A stretch of 63,949 bases of DNA, filler included, from Octopus bimaculoides (lineage: Eukaryota): assembly GCF_001194135.2 (NCBI RefSeq). It is 8 parts of 8 records of this genome, joined end to end, with 100 filler letters (N's around TTAATTAATTAA, not from the genome) between each part and the next. Parts side by side here need not be neighbours in the genome. Positions count along the whole stretch, not along the records: positions 47,852 to 56,807 come from NC_068982.1; positions 56,908 to 59,013 come from NW_026377806.1; positions 59,114 to 62,041 come from NW_026324412.1; positions 62,142 to 63,949 come from NC_068981.1; 4 more parts are not named here. The stretch is one strand, 5' to 3'. Below are positions 51,021-63,949 of this stretch, piece after piece (the first letter of the stretch is position 1; each line of letters opens with the position of its first letter). The notes under the pieces are model-generated. The model saw only the letters and a list, made by a program, of their open reading frames with translations, did no database searches and was not told the origin of the DNA. Position numbers and translations under genes: made by a program.

Positions 51021-53216
51021 ATACTTTATTTCAAATTTTCTTTGACCAATTTCTCCTGTACGCATCAGCCAATAACTAACGACAAGTTGCATTCAGGATT
51101 TCAACCCCTTAACACTCAACCTGCCACATCTAACAGACTACATCCAACTTATTTCTCTGTAATTGTTGTAAATTCTCTGTATCTATCTACATTTGATTGT
51201 TTACATCTAACTTGCAAAAAGAAATCAGAATGATTGTCATCAATATAAATAGCAGTCTTCTAAAGTTCTACCTCTACATTTGAACCTAAAACTATAAAAT
51301 CACTACTGCCATCTACAGTTCTAGTTCTGTCAGAACTTATCTACTTCTATCAGAGAACCTGCAGAACTGCCAACATTCATTAAACTGTATTCTACTCCAA
51401 CATATCTACCAAGAGATTTCCCACTGCTATTTACAGCTCCATTATTAGCATCAACTGCTTTCTACGAGCATACCACTCAGGTTACTATAAACCTTGGTAC
51501 ATTCCTGTATTAATCAGAATAAATACTGTATGACATTCAGTCCAATGCTTTAAAGACTGAATATTATAACTCACTACCTTAAACAGTAGACTTAATTTGT
51601 AACAATTTAACAACCCCACCAAGTCTTTGGATGCCTTTACGGAGACTACGTTGTTGTAAGCATTTAAGCCAGGTCTCAAGTGCAAGATATCAAGATTTTT
51701 ATTCTTTTATCGCAATAATCTGGGAGGTTCTGCAGAAAGGTTACAGGTACTGTGACTTCTAAACCTAAGACCTGAAAATATCTTTTAATTAAAATAAAAT
51801 TGAAAAAGTATTGTTTTCTCTTGGCAAAGAAACCTCTCTTGCAAAGTTGCCTCACAAGAAATGTAGTGCATATGGTTTGGGTCTATTAGGACTATATTCT
51901 ATCCAATTTAATGCAAGGATTACAGTGGATCATTTGTTTTCTTTAATTATTTAGAACATTATAATAATACATCATTACATCTCAAGTTTACTTCATAAAG
52001 ATCTCCTTCAGTAATGACTGACCATGGGATTGCACCCAGAAAGTTATCCTCCGAGGCACAAGTCTGGGCAAGGTTGTTTGTGGAAGATCTTCAGTCGCCC
52101 ATGCATACAAGCCTCCCCATTCCAGGTCACCTGTGTTATCCAAGGGAAAGGCAAAGGTCAATACAGCTTAGCACCAGTGACGTTGCAACTCATTTCTACA
52201 GATAAGTGAAATGGAGCAACTTGAGAGTGTCTTGCTCAAGAACATAACACACAGCCCAGTCCAGGAATCAAACTCACTATCTCATGATTGTGAGCCCGAT
52301 GATCTAACCACTGAGCCATGTGCCTTCACATGAGTTTACTTCATACTCATATGCAAAAAACAGTACAGTGTAGCAGTATGCTCTTTGTGAACCGAATGAG
52401 ATCCAGTTTCAATATCTAATTTGACCTACTTTACTTTTGTCACTTGTGTATTTATAAAAAAAAAAAAGTGCTTCAATGTTTCTGTTGTGTAAAATAAAGC
52501 ATCAAGTGTAAGGAAAGAATATTTGTTTACAATAAGCACATGTATGGCTGTGTAGTTAAGAATCTAACTTAACGACCAAATGGTTTTAGGCTTAGTCTCA
52601 CTGCACAGCACCTTGGCAAATGTCTTCTACTATAGCCCCATACCAAGCAATGCTTGTGGTGGAAATTATGCAGATGGTAACTGTAGAAGACCATCAAGTA
52701 TATATATATGTGTTTGTATGTGTGTGCGCGTGTATATGTATGTGTGTGTATGTGCGTGTGTGCAAATGCGTGCATGTGTGTGTGTGTGTCTTTGTGTTTG
52801 TCCCCATCAACACTTGACAACTTGAGTGGATTTGTTTACATACCTGCATCCCTGCAGCCTAGCAGTTCAGCAAAAGGGACTTGTAAAATAAGTATCAGTC
52901 TTAAAACTAAGTACTGCCAACATGCTAGCCTAAACCCTTCAAGATGATGTCCCAGTAATGCTACAGTCCAAAGAGTGCTACAAGTAAGAGATACAAGATG
53001 ACCAATAATGGCATTGGAGTGACAGAAATGAGACAGGCAGTGAAGGGAATTGCTTCCACTGTTTTAAGTTCTGTTCTGTATTCTGAGTTCAAATCATACT
53101 GGCTTTGTTTCTGCTTTTTATTCCACAACCTGTCATGTTTTGTGGACTGGTCCAACTTCCCGTAAAATCTTCCCTAAAAATTTAAGGCTTTGTGCCAAAC
53201 ATTAGGAATCTATGAT

Positions 53217-53632
53217 TTAACACTTTAGCATTCACATTATTCTGTCAAAAGTAACATTTATTCATTCACATTGTTTTGAATTAATCCTGCATTTATCTTG
53301 TAGCTTTGAAATTTTGATGAGGTGTCCATTAATTTTTTGAACGATATTGTAGGGTTAGTGTAAGAAACCAGATCTGGCCAGTTTGAACCTAAAACAAGTG
53401 GGAAGCTTTGGCTGGATATGGCCAGTTTAACCCTTTAGCACTCAGATTATGCTGTAACATTTTTTAAAAATTCATGTATTATCTTGCAGCTTTCAGATTT
53501 CAAAGATGTGACTGTTTATTTTTAGAATGACATTACAGGCTAGGTGTGAGAGGCCACATCTGGCCAGTTTGAAAATAAAGTAGATGGAATATTTTGGGCC
53601 AGATATGGCCAGTTTAAATACTAAAGGGTTAA
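53217..53632. mobile_element. Two head-to-tail copies of the same TTAA MITE
   Basis: ttaacactttagcattc... and ttaaccctttagcactc...ctaaagggttaa. Confidence 0.8.
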
Positions 53633-54196
53633 AAAAAAACAGAAACAAATTCCCTTCATTATACTGTGGGACAGAAGACACAAACACCTAGCATAGCTGT
53701 GAACCAAAAGTCAATACTTCTAGATTTTCTTAATAGCCTCTTTTCAAAATATGGCAACCAAGAAATAATTTCACATAATGTTTACACATACACACACACA
53801 CTTTTACTGACTAACATACTCCTTTGCTGAAATTCCACAATTACACATAAAAATATATACATTAACACGCACATATATATATGTATGCGTATGTAACAAG
53901 TTTTTGTAAATACATGTCTAAGAACATATTTCTTTCAAACACACACACACACACTTATACACAGAAATATTCAAACAGTGAAGTATGTCAGTAAATATAC
54001 GTGTTAAGTCACACTGTTGTTGCATAACTAATACACAAATACAAACGCATACAAACACATCACACACACACACACACACACAAACATACACAGAATATAC
54101 AAAATTTTTTTAAGCCATATATGTAAGCATGCTTGAGAAAAATATTTAAGTTCTGACATATTCTGAACATGGAAGAGAGAGAGAGGGAGAGAGAGA

Positions 54197-54254
<58 letters not shown>

Positions 54255-55263
54255 GAAGACAGGGTCATAGAGGGAAGAGAAAAGGAGAAAAAGAAATATG
54301 AAGAAACAGAAAGAGGTAGAAACAGAGAGTGAAAGAAAGAAAAGTGAAAAGAGAGAAGAAAGGATGTAGGGAAATGAGAGGAAGAAAGGTGGCTGAACGG
54401 GAGAGAGAAGGAACAACAGGGGTGAAATGGAAATAGAAACATACACTTAATTATGAAACACAAACACACACATACCTTTATGTGGTAAATTTTTATACCT
54501 TTGAACACCCTTCCAATTTATTGGTCAGTTTAGAATTACAAATTATTCTGGGGATACGTAGTGTCACTTGAATTGGTAATAACTGTTCTGAAAGGTAACT
54601 GTACTGACAGGCATGGAAGGAACCCAACAGGGTTAAGAAAGGTGTCAAATTGGTGCTGGATGACCTCTACGTTTCCAACATACTATAATACATAGAGGGG
54701 TTCTGTATTGTCCTGAATCTTTTGAAATAGTCACATGAGTGGCTATTTCAAGATCTAAAATGAAAAGATGTGGGTTGAGGGTAGAGTCCCAGTATATATT
54801 CACTGGTAGTTGCTGAGTTCAATGCTGGCCATGGCCTTGTTTTTAGCACTGTTTTTAATCTAGTCTTAATTACTCTCACATGCCCTTCCAAACTGAATCA
54901 AATCAGAGCATGGGAGCTTTTCAATGGTTTTCTTTAACTCAACAATGTAAAACAGACATATTTACACTTAGCTAAAAATGCTTCCAAGTTATCAGTGAAA
55001 TTCATGACTTTTGAAGATCTTCCCAGAGTGCTGGGCTGGATATGGCGGATGACTGACTTTAGTGGGGGAAAATATGAGCAGGGAATAAGTAACAGGGCAT
55101 TGCTGTTCTGGAGGTACAGTGGGATGAGTGAGTTGGCACTGACGGGGAAAAACACAGACAGGAGCAGATGTATTGAGCAGGTTTGGGCAAAGGTGGTATG
55201 CAGCTTATTAGTTTAGAAGATTAGAAGTCATTCTAGTAGCAGCAGAAGGAACAGAATAAAAGC

Positions 55264-55433
55264 ATGTGTCTGTTGGCTTGTAGTAAACTGGGAATAAAAT
55301 ATGTCTGTTGGCTTGTGGCATACTGGGAATAAGACATATGTCTATCAACTTGTGGTATACTAGGAATAAAAACACATGTTTGTCAGTTTGTGGTATACTG
55401 GGAATAAAACATTTATCTGTTGGTTTGTAGTAT
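55264..55433. repeat. ~36-bp minisatellite, ~5 copies, plus one detached copy at ~55750-55790
   Basis: Unit atgtctgttggcttgtggtatactgggaataaaac with substitutions and no spacers. Confidence 0.85.
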
Positions 55434-56935
55434 GGAGGGAATTAGGCTTGCCTACCTATGCATGTGAAAACTGGATCCAGCAGCCTCTGCAGGAGAAACT
55501 TTCATGGTTCAACAGAGGGGGAGGTGGTTGCAGCAATGCATTGTGAAGTGCCGAGATGAGGCAAGTAATATATCTTGGATATCCACTGCATCCAGCAGTC
55601 TTCGCCTTGTCTTGATGATGGTCAGAGAGAAGAGAGTGAGGATGATGATGTGCAAATGTTCTTCACTTTGAATAAGGTCATCATACAAGACATAAGTCAT
55701 CCTTAATGATGACTAGATGGTCCTTGGTACTCCAATGGACAAATAAGGCTAGCTGGAATAAAATCAATGTCGGTTGGCTTGTGGTGCACTGATTATTTTC
55801 CCTTTATGTGATCAAAGATAATTGTGTAAATGACTGATGTTACATGATAGGATATGTAATTATGCATTTATTAGTTTCATTAATTTCATGCTGTTAAAAT
55901 ATATAAGTTTTTAATTAAAAAAAAAAGAAAAGCTATTGCAGATAATTATGAAAAATCAACAGAATGTAATACATACATATGAAATTACTTAAGAATCCAG
56001 TGTTGAAAGTTCTGCATTAATGGGTAAGAAATGTACAGGAAAATCTAAGCCTTGTTTATACATTAAAGATTATATGAAATTAAGTTGAACATTTTTTGAT
56101 GGCAAAAGAAATTCTTCTCTGCTGTATTTTATCCATGGTGATGTTCTTGCAAGTGAAAATCTGGGGCTGAATGAATTAAACTACCATTTTACTTTCAAGC
56201 ATAACTAGGCATGGATGTGTGGTTAAGAAGCTCATTTTGCAACCACGTGGTTTCAAGTTCAGTCCCACAGCATGGCACCTTGGGCAAATGTTTTTTACTA
56301 TAGCCCTATGCCAACCAATTCCTTAAAAGCGAAATTAGTTGATGGAAACTCTGTAGAAGTCCATTGTGCATATCTATCTTTTATCTTTTACTTGTTTCCA
56401 TCATTAAACTGTGGCCATGCTGGGGCACCGCTTTGAGGAATTTCAGTCAAACTAATTGAACCAAGTACTTGCTTTCTTTGTAAGCTTGATACTTATTCTA
56501 TCAGTTTCTTTTGCTGAACCGCTAGCTTACAGGGATGTAAATATGCCAACACCAGTTGTCAAATGGTAGTGAGGGACAAACATAGACACAAAGACACACA
56601 CACAACAGGCTTCTATAAGTTTCCATCTACCAAATCTACACACAAGGTTTTGGTCAGTCTGAGGGTATTATAGAAGACACTTGCTCAAGGTGAAACAGAG
56701 TGGGACTGAATATGGAACCATGTGGTTGCAAAGCAAACTTCTTAACACACACTCAGTGGATTTGGTAGATGGAAACTGAAAGAAGCCTGTTATATATATA
56801 TATATATNNNNNNNNNNNNNNNNNNNNNNNNNNNNNNNNNNNNNNNNNNNNTTAATTAATTAANNNNNNNNNNNNNNNNNNNNNNNNNNNNNNNNNNNNN
56901 NNNNNNNATATATATGTATGTATGTATGTATATTA

Positions 56936-56967
<32 letters not shown>

Positions 56968-56971
56968 GTGT

Positions 56972-57003
<32 letters not shown>

Positions 57004-57520
57004 AAAAGAGGAAGAGAGGGAAGGAGAGAGAGTGAGAGGTTAGTTGTTAGCCAATGGAAGTCTCATTAAAAATCTTCATCAGCGTGAGCGTGTTAGAATT
57101 GAATGGAAGAGGAAAACGAAAGTTGATAGAAACACGGCCAGGAAAAAGATGGAAGTCAGAATGTAGAAAAGACATCACTGCACGACAATCCTCCGTACGT
57201 ACGTACGCGCGTATGAAGTGCCTATGTGTGAGTAAGTGTTGGTAGACCAGCTGATTGCTAATTAATTAGAAATTAGTAAGAGAGAAAATGTGTTGCTCTT
57301 CTCCTTGTTGTTGTTGCAACTGTTGTTGCTGTTGTTGTTTTGCTTGTTTGTTTGTTTGTTTGTTGTTGTTGTTGTTGCGGGTATCGTTTGCTATTGATAT
57401 TTTTTTTTATCCTTTTGATAAAATATGTTTTGCTTGTTTGTTTTGTGTTGGAGTTTGTTTCTGTTTTACGTGTTGGATCTTTTTTTTTTACCAATTTTTG
57501 CTGTTTAACACTGTACACTT

Positions 57521-57561
<41 letters not shown>

Positions 57562-58281
57562 NNNNNNNNNNNNNNNNNNNNNNNNNNNNNNNNNNNNNNN
57601 NNNNNNNNNNNNNNNNNNNNNNNNNNNNNNNNNNNNNNNNNNNNNNNNNNNNNNNNNNNNNNNNNNNNNNNNNNNNNNNNNNNNNNNNNNNNNNNNNNNN
57701 NNNNNNNNNNNNNNNNNNNNNNNNNNNNNNNNNNNNNNNNNNNNNNNNNNNNNNNNNNNNNNNNNNNNNNNNNNNNNNNNNNNNNNNNNNNNNNNNNNNN
57801 NNNNNNNNNNNNNNNNNNNNNNNNNNNNNNNNNNNNNNNNNNNNNNNNNNNNNNNNNNNNNNNNNNNNNNNNNNNNNNNNNNNNNNNNNNNNNNNNNNNN
57901 NNNNNNNNNNNNNNNNNNNNNNNNNNNNNNNNNNNNNNNNNNNNNNNNNNNNNNNNNNNNNNNNNNNNNNNNNNNNNNNNNNNNNNNNNNNNNNNNNNNN
58001 NNNNNNNNNNNNNNNNNNNNNNNNNNNNNNNNNNNNNNNNNNNNNNNNNNNNNNNNNNNNNNNNNNNNNNNNNNNNNNNNNNNNNNNNNNNNNNNNNNNN
58101 NNNNNNNNNNNNNNNNNNNNNNNNNNNNNNNNNNNNNNNNNNNNNNNNNNNNNNNNNNNNNNNNNNNNNNNNNNNNNNNNNNNNNNNNNNNNNNNNNNNN
58201 NNNNNNNNNNNNNNNNNNNNNNNNNNNNNNNNNNNNNNNNNNNNNNNNNNNNNNNNNNNNNNNNNNNNNNNNNNNNNNNNN

Positions 58282-58532
58282 CACCACCACCACCACCACC
58301 ACCACCACCACTACGACATCAACAGTAACAAAAATAACATTACTACCACCACCACCACCACCATCATCATCATCATTATTGACACCATAATCATCATCAA
58401 CGTCGTCGTCGTTGTTGCCATCATCATCATCATCATCAGGATCATCATCATCATCATCATCGTCATCATCATCCTCATTATCATCATCATCATTGTAATC
58501 TTCATCATCTTCATTAAAATCATCATCATTAT

Positions 58533-58567
<35 letters not shown>

Positions 58568-58865
58568 CAATCATTATCATTATCACCACCACCACCACCA
58601 CCATCATCATCCTCATCATCATCACCTTAATCATCACCATCAATATAACAACACCATCATCAGCATCATCCTCATATTCATCATCATTGCCATCATCATT
58701 CTAATCATCATCATCATCATCATTACCTTCACCATTAGTGTCATCTTTTTTATTATCGTCATCGACTTCATTATTAGCATCATCAGCGTTATCAGCGTTA
58801 TCAGCATCATCATCAGCAGCAGCAGCAACAACAACAACAACAACAACAACAACTGCAACAACAAT
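58282..58865. repeat. Degenerate (ATC)n/(ACC)n/(AAC)n trinucleotide array
   Basis: Directly visible; source of the poly-I/M/H ORFs. Confidence 0.95.
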
Positions 58866-60816
58866 TTCCCTGATCATAAGCGGCCGAAATATAACCCATT
58901 CAGCTAATCAACCACGTGACTTACTAACAAACTAACAACAGAAGATTAAAGACGAAGAAGAAGAAGAAAAACATTGTTTTATTGATTGTTTGTTAGTTTA
59001 TTGATGTTTTTTTNNNNNNNNNNNNNNNNNNNNNNNNNNNNNNNNNNNNNNNNNNNNTTAATTAATTAANNNNNNNNNNNNNNNNNNNNNNNNNNNNNNN
59101 NNNNNNNNNNNNNGAGAGAGAGACAGACAGAGAGAGAGACAGACAGAGAGAGAGACAGAGAGAAATTTGAAAACTTGAAAAGTCACAACCATCGTGTTGA
59201 CACAAATATTTTCTTGACGTTTTACAAAGATATGGTTCATTTGGAAAGACGGAGCGATTAAGGTATTAATTTACTGATTTATGCATCATTTAGTCTAGAT
59301 GCATAGCAAACATTTGTTTGTAGCTGTGAATATTGCATTAAATCCTAAGTGACTTAGTTCACTTAGTTATGGCTAACGACTTCCAGAGCTTCAGAATGTT
59401 TTCTGCTTAACGCCACGAAACGGGTGGAAAGCGTTGCATCTAACAGAAATTTAATTCGAATTTCTGTTTTTCATTTTTAAATAAAGCGTTCATTAATTAT
59501 AAATTTGGCGAAACATTTCTCTACAATCCATACCATAACATCTTTCTAACGGAAGTCGATTTGATATACAATTACATGGCCATATTTGGTTTCCTTAAAA
59601 CAGAGCTAATATGACAACTAATTCACAAGCGAATTTTCGTATTTCTGGTTGGAATACGCTGATTAATTTATTAGTCATCACATTATCGAAAAAGAACGAG
59701 AAAAATATCGACTAGAGGAAATAAGGATTTTTCTCGCGTAAACATGTAACTGGAGGAAACAATCAACCAAACATAATCTATTAATTTGATATCATTATTA
59801 TTCATGTGAATGAAAACAATGAAGTAAGTAAGGTAACCATCTCAGTAAACATAAAAGCCAAATATCATTTCCGGCGATTAATTTCCTATAACTGAGAGAA
59901 TGGCCTTTGCATTAAAAATGTAGATCCTTATAAAATAACATTTGCCAATCGTCATTGCTATAAAAACGGAGGCAAGGTCCAGACTACAATTTAACGGGTT
60001 CAGATTTGAGACTCAAATTTGATATACTCGTATATGATACGGTTAACTACCGAGCCGGATATGTGATATTGCCGGATTATCGATTATCGATTGTTTCTGT
60101 GACTCACTGTGTTAGCAAAGAAATGGAGTAATTGGTCTTCCGGTTTATATATATATATATAATAATATTAGGGACAAAATATAAATATTTTATATAAATT
60201 CATTTGGTACTTATTGTTGGTTGATATATACATTTATGTATTATTATTATTGTTGTATTTAGACCTGATGATTAGCTGTATTTTTGAATAGAATTTATTT
60301 TCGATAATTTTAATTGATTTTAATCGATTTAAATTTCCTTTCTATTTGAAAATTAGTTATGAAACACGTGTAGTCATTTTATTATCTTTATCTTATGATA
60401 TTTACTTTGTATTATATTATACTCATTTATTGTGCTTTTAGTTATCAATTTTTCTATATGTGACAGTGGATTTTCATCGATGAGTTCATNNNNNNNNNNN
60501 NNNNNNNNNNNNNNNNNNNNNNNNNNNNNNNNNNNNNNNNNNNNNNNNNNNNNNNNNNNNNNNNNNNNNNNNNNNNNNNNNNNNNNNNNNNNNNNNNNNN
60601 NNNNNNNNNNNNNNNNNNNNNNNNNNNNNNNNNNNNNNNNNNNNNNNNNNNNNNNNNNNNNNNNNNNNNNNNNNNNNNNNNNNNNNNNNNNNNNNNNNNN
60701 NNNNNNNNNNNNNNNNNNNNNNNNNNNNNNNNNNNNNNNNNNNNNNNNNNNNNNNNNNNNNNNNNNNNNNNNNNNNNNNNNNNNNNNNNNNNNNNNNNNN
60801 NNNNNNNNNNNNNNNN

Positions 60817-60879
<63 letters not shown>

Positions 60880-60880
<1 letters not shown>

Positions 60881-61295
60881 TGTATATGTATATCGTAAAC
60901 TGTTGAAGATCCAACGTTGAATAATTCACACAATCTTTTCACAGACACACCGCTGTCAAGTTTTAATCAACATTTCAACATTTTCTTTTATGAATAATGT
61001 ACGGTGTTTACACTTTACACCATGAGAAGCATTTCCTTTATGCATGGGAACCAAGTGTAATAGATATAAAAATAAAGGAAAGACACTGGAAAGGCCTGCA
61101 TTTGTTTACAAATGATGCGAGTGTGTTTATGTAGCAAGTAGCGCCAACAAATCGTAGCGGCCAGCTGGTACGGCGAACCGGGAAATTTGAAAATATTTGA
61201 AATTTTTCTAACCGAAATTAGTGCCGGATTACTGATTTTGGTAGATTACAGATAGCTGGATTACTTATTTTTTTTACTGATGACAATAGTCTACT
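60880..61295 (-). mobile_element. Tigger/pogo-type transposon 5' remnant (CENP-B/psq HTH)
   Basis: KCKHRTLFIKENVE..LDSGVSVKRLCELFNVGSSTVYDI; end resembles TA..CAGTAGAC...AATCCGGCA. Confidence 0.7.
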
Positions 61296-62141
61296 GTGTA
61301 GAATTTAAAGTTTGTATTATGACTAAGTGATTTAATGGATTGAGTATAAGATCGGTTTAGTAGTCAACACATCTTCCTTTATTAATTAGTAGTTATAATC
61401 TGTCCTTCATTATCATTTTCCATCTTTAATTCCTTTGCCAGCGTTTAAACAAATGTGCTGAAGATGCTTTAAAGAATCTGAGAAATCTGAGACGACGGGA
61501 CAAACCTGAATTGCTCTGTTTCACTTCTGCCTCGGCGTACAAATGTATTTTGTGTATATTTTTTACTGACACATCCTATCATGAGTCTCCACAAAATTTG
61601 TTTTTTTATCTTTAATTTTGTTTTTAATTTTTTCTTTGCGTAAAAATATTGATTTCAAATTTTGGCCCAAGGCCAGCAATTTCAAGAGACGGAGTAAGTT
61701 GATTACGTCAACCTCAGTATTTAACTGGTACTTCTTTTATTAACCCCGAAAGGATAAAAAGCAAAGTCGACTTCGTTGAAATTTGAACTCAGAACTAAAG
61801 ACATACGAAATGCCGCTATGCCTTTTGCCTGATGTGCTAACAATTCTGTCACCTCACCGCCTGGACATGGTAAGGTATTTTGTCCATCGGCCTTACACTT
61901 CTGTAAATTCACTGATTTTTTCGGAGCAATAGTAGCATTTCTTCCACGTTCCTTCTTTTGTCTTAATTGACGCTATAATGTATTTTAATTACATTAGGAT
62001 TCTTAATTTTTAAAACATGCATATATATATATATATATATANNNNNNNNNNNNNNNNNNNNNNNNNNNNNNNNNNNNNNNNNNNNTTAATTAATTAANNN
62101 NNNNNNNNNNNNNNNNNNNNNNNNNNNNNNNNNNNNNNNNN

Positions 62142-62455
62142 TACACTCTGACGGGTATTCACATTGACATTACACATCCAACGGAGCATACTGGCTTCAT
62201 TCCTTGCGAGCTTACGTATGTCCTCAGCAGTTACAGCCCATGTTTCACTGCCATGTAGCATGGTTGTTCGTACGCATGCGTCATACAGTCTGCCTTTTAC
62301 TCTGAGTGAGAGTCCCTTTGTCGCCAGCAGGGGTAAGAGCTCTCTAAACTTTGCCCAGGCTATTCTTATTCTAGCAGCTACACTTTCAGCGCACCCACCC
62401 CCACTACTAACTTGGTCGCCCAGATAGCGGAAGCTATCGACTACCTCTAGTTTTT
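62142..62455 (-). mobile_element. RTE-clade LINE 3' coding fragment
   Basis: Minus strand reads KLEVVDSFRYLGDQVSSGGG...[38 protein letters not shown]. Confidence 0.88.
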
Positions 62456-63627
62456 CAAAAGGTACAAAAAAGTGTGCATTGGTAATTGTTGGTATACTTT
62501 TGGCTTTAGTTTACTGTGGCTAACAAAGATTCAATAAACCAGGAAAGAAAATGCTATCAATTACAATTACCAAATTAGATGCAAAATGTAAATCATGATT
62601 AACAATGTTGTTACCACCCTTCTAAATTATGTTTATCTAATTGACAAGGATGTTGTTGAATAGCACTTGTAACCAGAGAATTGCAACAACTAAACATAGC
62701 AGTACTTTGAACTGCTATTCTGGTAAGAATCAACATATTGAATTATCTTCCAGTCTCACAATATTTTGGACTAGAAAATCAGAAAGGGAAAAAAGAGAGG
62801 CAGAAATTTGTTTAAACATCAAAACAACTTTACTTGGAGAAACAGAGCAATCATGTATCTTGTGTGGATGATATGTATTTGTTTTAACAATTTATGCCCC
62901 AGATTTCATAGCTAACAAAAGTTCTATTATGAGTATATCACTCTATGTAAAGTAAACTTTAGAGATCATATATTCTCTTAGAGAGTTAGAGTGCTTGGAA
63001 ACATGAAGTTGTAGCATCTTCCACCAAAAACTACAACACAAGGTCACAGGGATTTATCTAGGATTCAAACATGATCATGTAATTGATTTTGTAATAACCA
63101 TGTATAGGATAGTCAAAATGCGTACTATGTATGCATGCTACCTAGTGCTGAATGTAATATTGATCACAAAATGTGACATTACAAGTTCAAGTTTCAAATT
63201 TTGAAAAAGGTTCATATGAAAGGGGTAAATGTTCTTAAATGTTTTTTTGGCGTCTAAACTAGCTCAGTCAGATACTCAAGAAATAGTGCCTAATAAATAC
63301 ATTGATCATAGCTTTTATGGTTCTTGAGTAAACTTTAGTGATCACATATTCTCTTGGAGAGCTAGAGTGCTTGGATTCTAGGAAAGAAATTGGGTTGGTG
63401 ATAAAAATACTAGCATTAGTCAGCTACTAGAATCAAACACTCTCTTTTCAAATTTATGTAAGACTGGACTTGCAGTTGTTGGAACATCTTCTAAAATGTA
63501 TACGGCACTTGTGCAATGAAATCTAAGGAGGATTAAAAACAAGTAGCAATCAAAATTTTGGTAGAGATTTGAAGTGCTTTTCATAAAAAACGATTTAAAA
63601 AGTCAGTCATACAAGTATTGTCCTTCA

Positions 63628-63850
63628 TCTATATATATAAAAATGAGAATGTGTGTCTGTCTGTCTGTCTGTCTGTGTGTTTCCCTAAAACTCGAGAACT
63701 ACACAACCAATTTCATTCAAATTTTACACATGTGTTTTAGTCAAAAAAATGTTTAACTTCTTGCAGAGTTCGAGCCCACGGCAACATAATATCTCCTCCA
63801 CTATTTAAGTATTACGTGTCAAAAGTGAAACAAAAACACTCATGTGTAGA
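63628..63850 (+). mobile_element. Helitron-like 5' end
   Basis: A|TCTATATATATAAAAATGAG followed by (GTCT)n, similar to the 16931 end. Confidence 0.6.
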
Positions 63851-63949
63851 TGTATATATATAGATGTACATGTAATATGTACACATATATACATATATAT
63901 ACATGCATACAGATATCTATACATATATACACCCATCACACACATACAC

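Noticed and set aside
55264-55433. CRISPR-like repeat array
   Set aside because: The units are contiguous with no unique spacers, the context is eukaryotic, and there are no cas genes.
56115-56190. HGDVLASENLG as the missing last SUMF2 exon
   Set aside because: No acceptor AG in phase and no GFRC motif.
57054-57245. 63-aa plus-strand ORF with a GTAAGT donor as a first exon
   Set aside because: No downstream exon or homology found in the window.
16323-60948. Numerous YIYI/CVCV/THTH/LSLS and X-rich ORFs in the track
   Set aside because: They are translations of (TA)n, (CA)n and (GA)n microsatellites and N gaps.
21020-62097. Recurrent TTAATTAATTAA 12-mer
   Set aside because: Always centred in N runs, so it is an assembly spacer, not biology.

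Overview
AT-rich, microsatellite- and repeat-dense animal genomic DNA with many N gaps. The repeat repertoire ((TA)n/(CA)n tracts, tRNA-derived SINEs, RTE tails ending in (GAT)n) points to an octopod cephalopod (inference). Two genes are supported. (1) Minus strand: a ~3.9-kb exon (16201->12321) whose ORF seems to end at W1294-stop, but the stop overlaps a strong splice donor (TG|GTAAGA). Splicing to a 59-nt exon at 7736->7678 rebuilds a gap-free TAP-C/UBA domain (RRTMVEQFATFTNYPFEFSKW|CLEWSQWDYGKAAQTF). Degenerate RRM, LRR/LRR-cap and NTF2-like motifs lie upstream, the LRR-cap/NTF2-like pair possibly twice. This looks like a very divergent, ~1,320-aa nuclear export factor (NXF/TAP) paralogue and is the main finding. 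(2) Plus strand: four phase-consistent exons (41115-46261) of a formylglycine-generating-enzyme family gene of the catalytically inactive SUMF2/pFGE type; its first and last exons were not found. The rest is mobile DNA: an IR/DR Tc1 element with TA TSD, DD37D-mariner and Tigger/pogo remnants, mariner and piggyBac-like MITEs, Helitron pieces, RTE LINE fragments, a Dong/R4-type RLE LINE, many SINEs and a ~270-bp foldback element. Most short ORFs in the track are microsatellite or gap artefacts. All alignments were done by eye against remembered reference sequences and need HMM or structure confirmation.
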